Part shown: in pieces, positions 61,840 to 64,000 of the stretch
Layout of the letters: each line of letters opens with the position of its first letter
How positions within the stretch are numbered: position 1 is the stretch's first letter
DNA from: Cenococcum geophilum
Lineage: Eukaryota
Direction: 5' to 3'
Assembly (NCBI GenBank): GCA_050273025.1
Contig: CP158636.1
Coordinates: forward strand, 1,984,001 to 2,048,000
Length of the DNA stretch: 64,000 nucleotides
Position numbers and translations under genes: made by a program
The notes under the pieces: generated by a model
The model's input: the letters and a program-made list of their open reading frames with translations, nothing else
The model's database searches: none
Told to the model about the DNA's origin: nothing

Positions 61840-64000
61840 TAGGTGGATGGTGGATCAATTAATCCACCTGGTGGATAAGCTCTACCACCAATACACCTGC
61901 CGTATAAGGTGTAGTCGATTAAGTAGTACCCACGGCGATGAGGTTATTTGAACCTCGCGGGCGCGCGAGGTAGTTGCGATAACGCGATCGCGGGAGACGC
62001 GTCTTCCTTTTCTATCACCACCTTGCATTTTAATGACCTCCTATTAAACTTCTGAGCGGCTAGATACCAATTATAATGGCAAATTCGAGTTAGTAAGAGC
62101 CTTAAGGCTATATAGAAGACAATCGGCCGAGTCCTTATAGAGTTTAACTGCCGCCACTGCATGCGATGATTTTGAATTAATTGCAACCGTACTTTTGGAA
62201 TCCTAGTATAGGCTTCGTGTATAAGGATATGTATGATATTAAGCTAATACCATCGCTGCCGGATACCCCGCAGGAAGGGAGGGTAAGGTTTCCTCCCTTA
62301 TACGAGCTCTCGTCGTCGCCAGTATACCTAGCTTCCCCCCCTCCGCATACACCTCCGTATCTTAAAGCCCGCTATATAGCTCGCCCTATCCCCTTACGAG
62401 ATACGTCCTCGCAGAATGGTATTTTAACTTCCTTATAGCCACTAATTATAATTCTATTATTAGCTAAGTGACTAGCGAACGCTCTAACTCCGTTATCTAA
62501 GCAATTACTAACGGCCCCCTGGGGGGAGCTTAATTAGGATCCTACGGAGCCTGTAGGTAAGAAAATAATATTTAAGACTTCTAAAAGGATGGGCAAATGG
62601 GTGTTAAAGAAGGTGCTTATTAAATAGAGTAAAGGCCTTAAACTTAATGTTGTAAGGATGGTTGCTGCTAGGAAGAAAAAGTATTTAAATACTCCTTTAG
62701 ATAACGCCTTTTGCAAGAATATTAAGAAGGATTTTAAATGGGAGCTAAACTTTGAGCTGAGCAATCTATATAGGATAATATTTGGGGGTAAGAACGGCGT
62801 TAGCTAGGACGGTAAGCAGAAGATCCTTCCTGGTTAGATTGGTAAGAGGAGGAGATTCCTAGCCGGTCGCAATAAGGGAATAGGAAGGGAGTAATTTAAT
62901 AAGTTTGACCGCTATATTAATGATATAATTAGTATAGTGGAGGAGAAGAAGTGTAGAAAAGAGGAAGACTCTAAAACGGAAGAGCAGCTTAAATAGGAGA
63001 GGAAGGATAAATACGAATTATGTACCTTTATGCTAAAGCGGGTGTTAAAACGTTGAGCTAGTGAATTTAAATCTGTAGGCGATACTATTACTACCGAGTT
63101 GAACGACGAGTCCTTGCGCGACGTAGTTATATACGAAGGCTTTTGTTTAGGGCAGTCTCGTAAGCGGGCTTTAGTTAATAGCGCATTAATTATAAATAGC
63201 TCTAATGCAGTCTTTAAGCGATATTTTAAGATATAGGAGAGCGCTACTGCCTTACGCGAGAGTGTTGTAAAGGAGGAGCTTTGACTGAGGAAGGAGGAAT
63301 TAGAAATCTAGAGGCGGCGCTTTGAGCGGGAGGACTCTACTATAGGTAAGGTTGTAAGCTTAAAAAGAGATTAGATGAGAGCGAAGAGATTATAAGATAT
63401 CGCAATTAAGAATAGAATAGTCGGTTTAATAGGTTAGAGGATCTTTTAGTAAAGCTATTTAAGAAAGAAGGTGGTAAGTAATTGGGTTAGAGAGTATGAT
63501 CTTTTTATATTTTGGTAACGGATTAAGCTTATTCCTTTACTTTTAGCCTGTCTATTATAGCTTTTTATAGATTTTATATATAAATTATATACAAAAGTTG
63601 TATATGCGCGAAATTTGAAGGCTACTTAAAGGACTTAGAAATCTGCCTAAAATCTCTACTTACCCACTATTTTGCCTACCTTACCTACCTTACCTTCTAC
63701 TCGTCCGAAACCCTTCCTATAACTACTTAACTTAATTCTACCCTAAATAGTCTTTTACAGAGGGCGGCTAGCAGTTAAAACGGCTTGTAATTATATCTGC
63801 TTGGCTATATAGATAAGTTAATATATTATATAGGAAAACGGATACTAAGAAGTACGTAGCCACCGGCTAGCTGGCTGATTAAAGGCTTTACTTAAAGTGG
63901 TTATAAGTAAGGTAGTTCTCTATATTTCTAAATGAAGTCTCTACTATAACTCTAGCTCCTAATAATTTGTGATTTAACTGTAGCTGCTTTTTAGTTAACT
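61840..64000. mobile_element. PIF/Harbinger-like element (RIP-mutated): + strand accessory ORF relic (~62160-63480) convergent with a - strand transposase C-terminus (~63742-64000); left boundary uncertain
   Basis: Minus strand de-RIP NHKLSGARVIVETSFG...QPVATYFLVSVFLYNILTCLHG....SRFDCQPPSVEDYL resembles the Harbinger DDE C-terminus. The convergent K/E-rich coiled-coil ORF fits the two-gene Harbinger layout. Confidence 0.65.

Noticed and set aside
62534..62764. 76-aa hydrophobic minus-strand ORF
   Set aside because: It is the antisense shadow of the RIP-mutated Harbinger accessory ORF.
44822..64000. Starship element or telomere-proximal end
   Set aside because: No tyrosine-recombinase captain gene and no (TTAGGG)n tract are visible in the window.

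Overview
This window is eukaryotic DNA from a filamentous ascomycete (Pezizomycotina-type); the species cannot be determined from the sequence. Bases 1 to ~54,400 and ~61,000-64,000 are nested transposons heavily mutated by RIP (repeat-induced point mutation): TpA-rich, CpA/TpG-poor, with ORFs full of TAA/TAG stops. I resolved these elements from LTRs, TIRs and target-site duplications (TSDs): (1) Ty3/Gypsy chromoviruses of three families, A (one partial, one full copy), B (one copy inserted inside another) and C, plus a truncated fourth family; (2) three solo LTRs; (3) two copies of a 1,931-bp pogo/Fot1 transposon and an older pogo at the base of the nest; (4) several MITEs, a TIR element carrying a LINE ORF2 C-terminal fragment, a RIP-dead RecQ-like helicase gene, a complete hAT and a PIF/Harbinger remnant. 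The GC-balanced island at ~54.4-61 kb holds a C2H2 zinc-finger gene (- strand) and a divergent Clr5-domain gene (+ strand) broken by two MITEs and frameshifts. The most striking find is a ~1-kb non-coding retroposon present twice (16911-17927 and 48037-49039, - strand) with 12-15-bp TSDs and a short TAC-repeat tail. Its first 86 nt fold by hand into a complete HDV-like self-cleaving ribozyme with a covarying, non-canonical P1.1. Two Gypsy families also carry antisense, intron-containing genes with Zn2Cys6-like motifs. All protein assignments in RIP regions are manual reconstructions and need computational confirmation.
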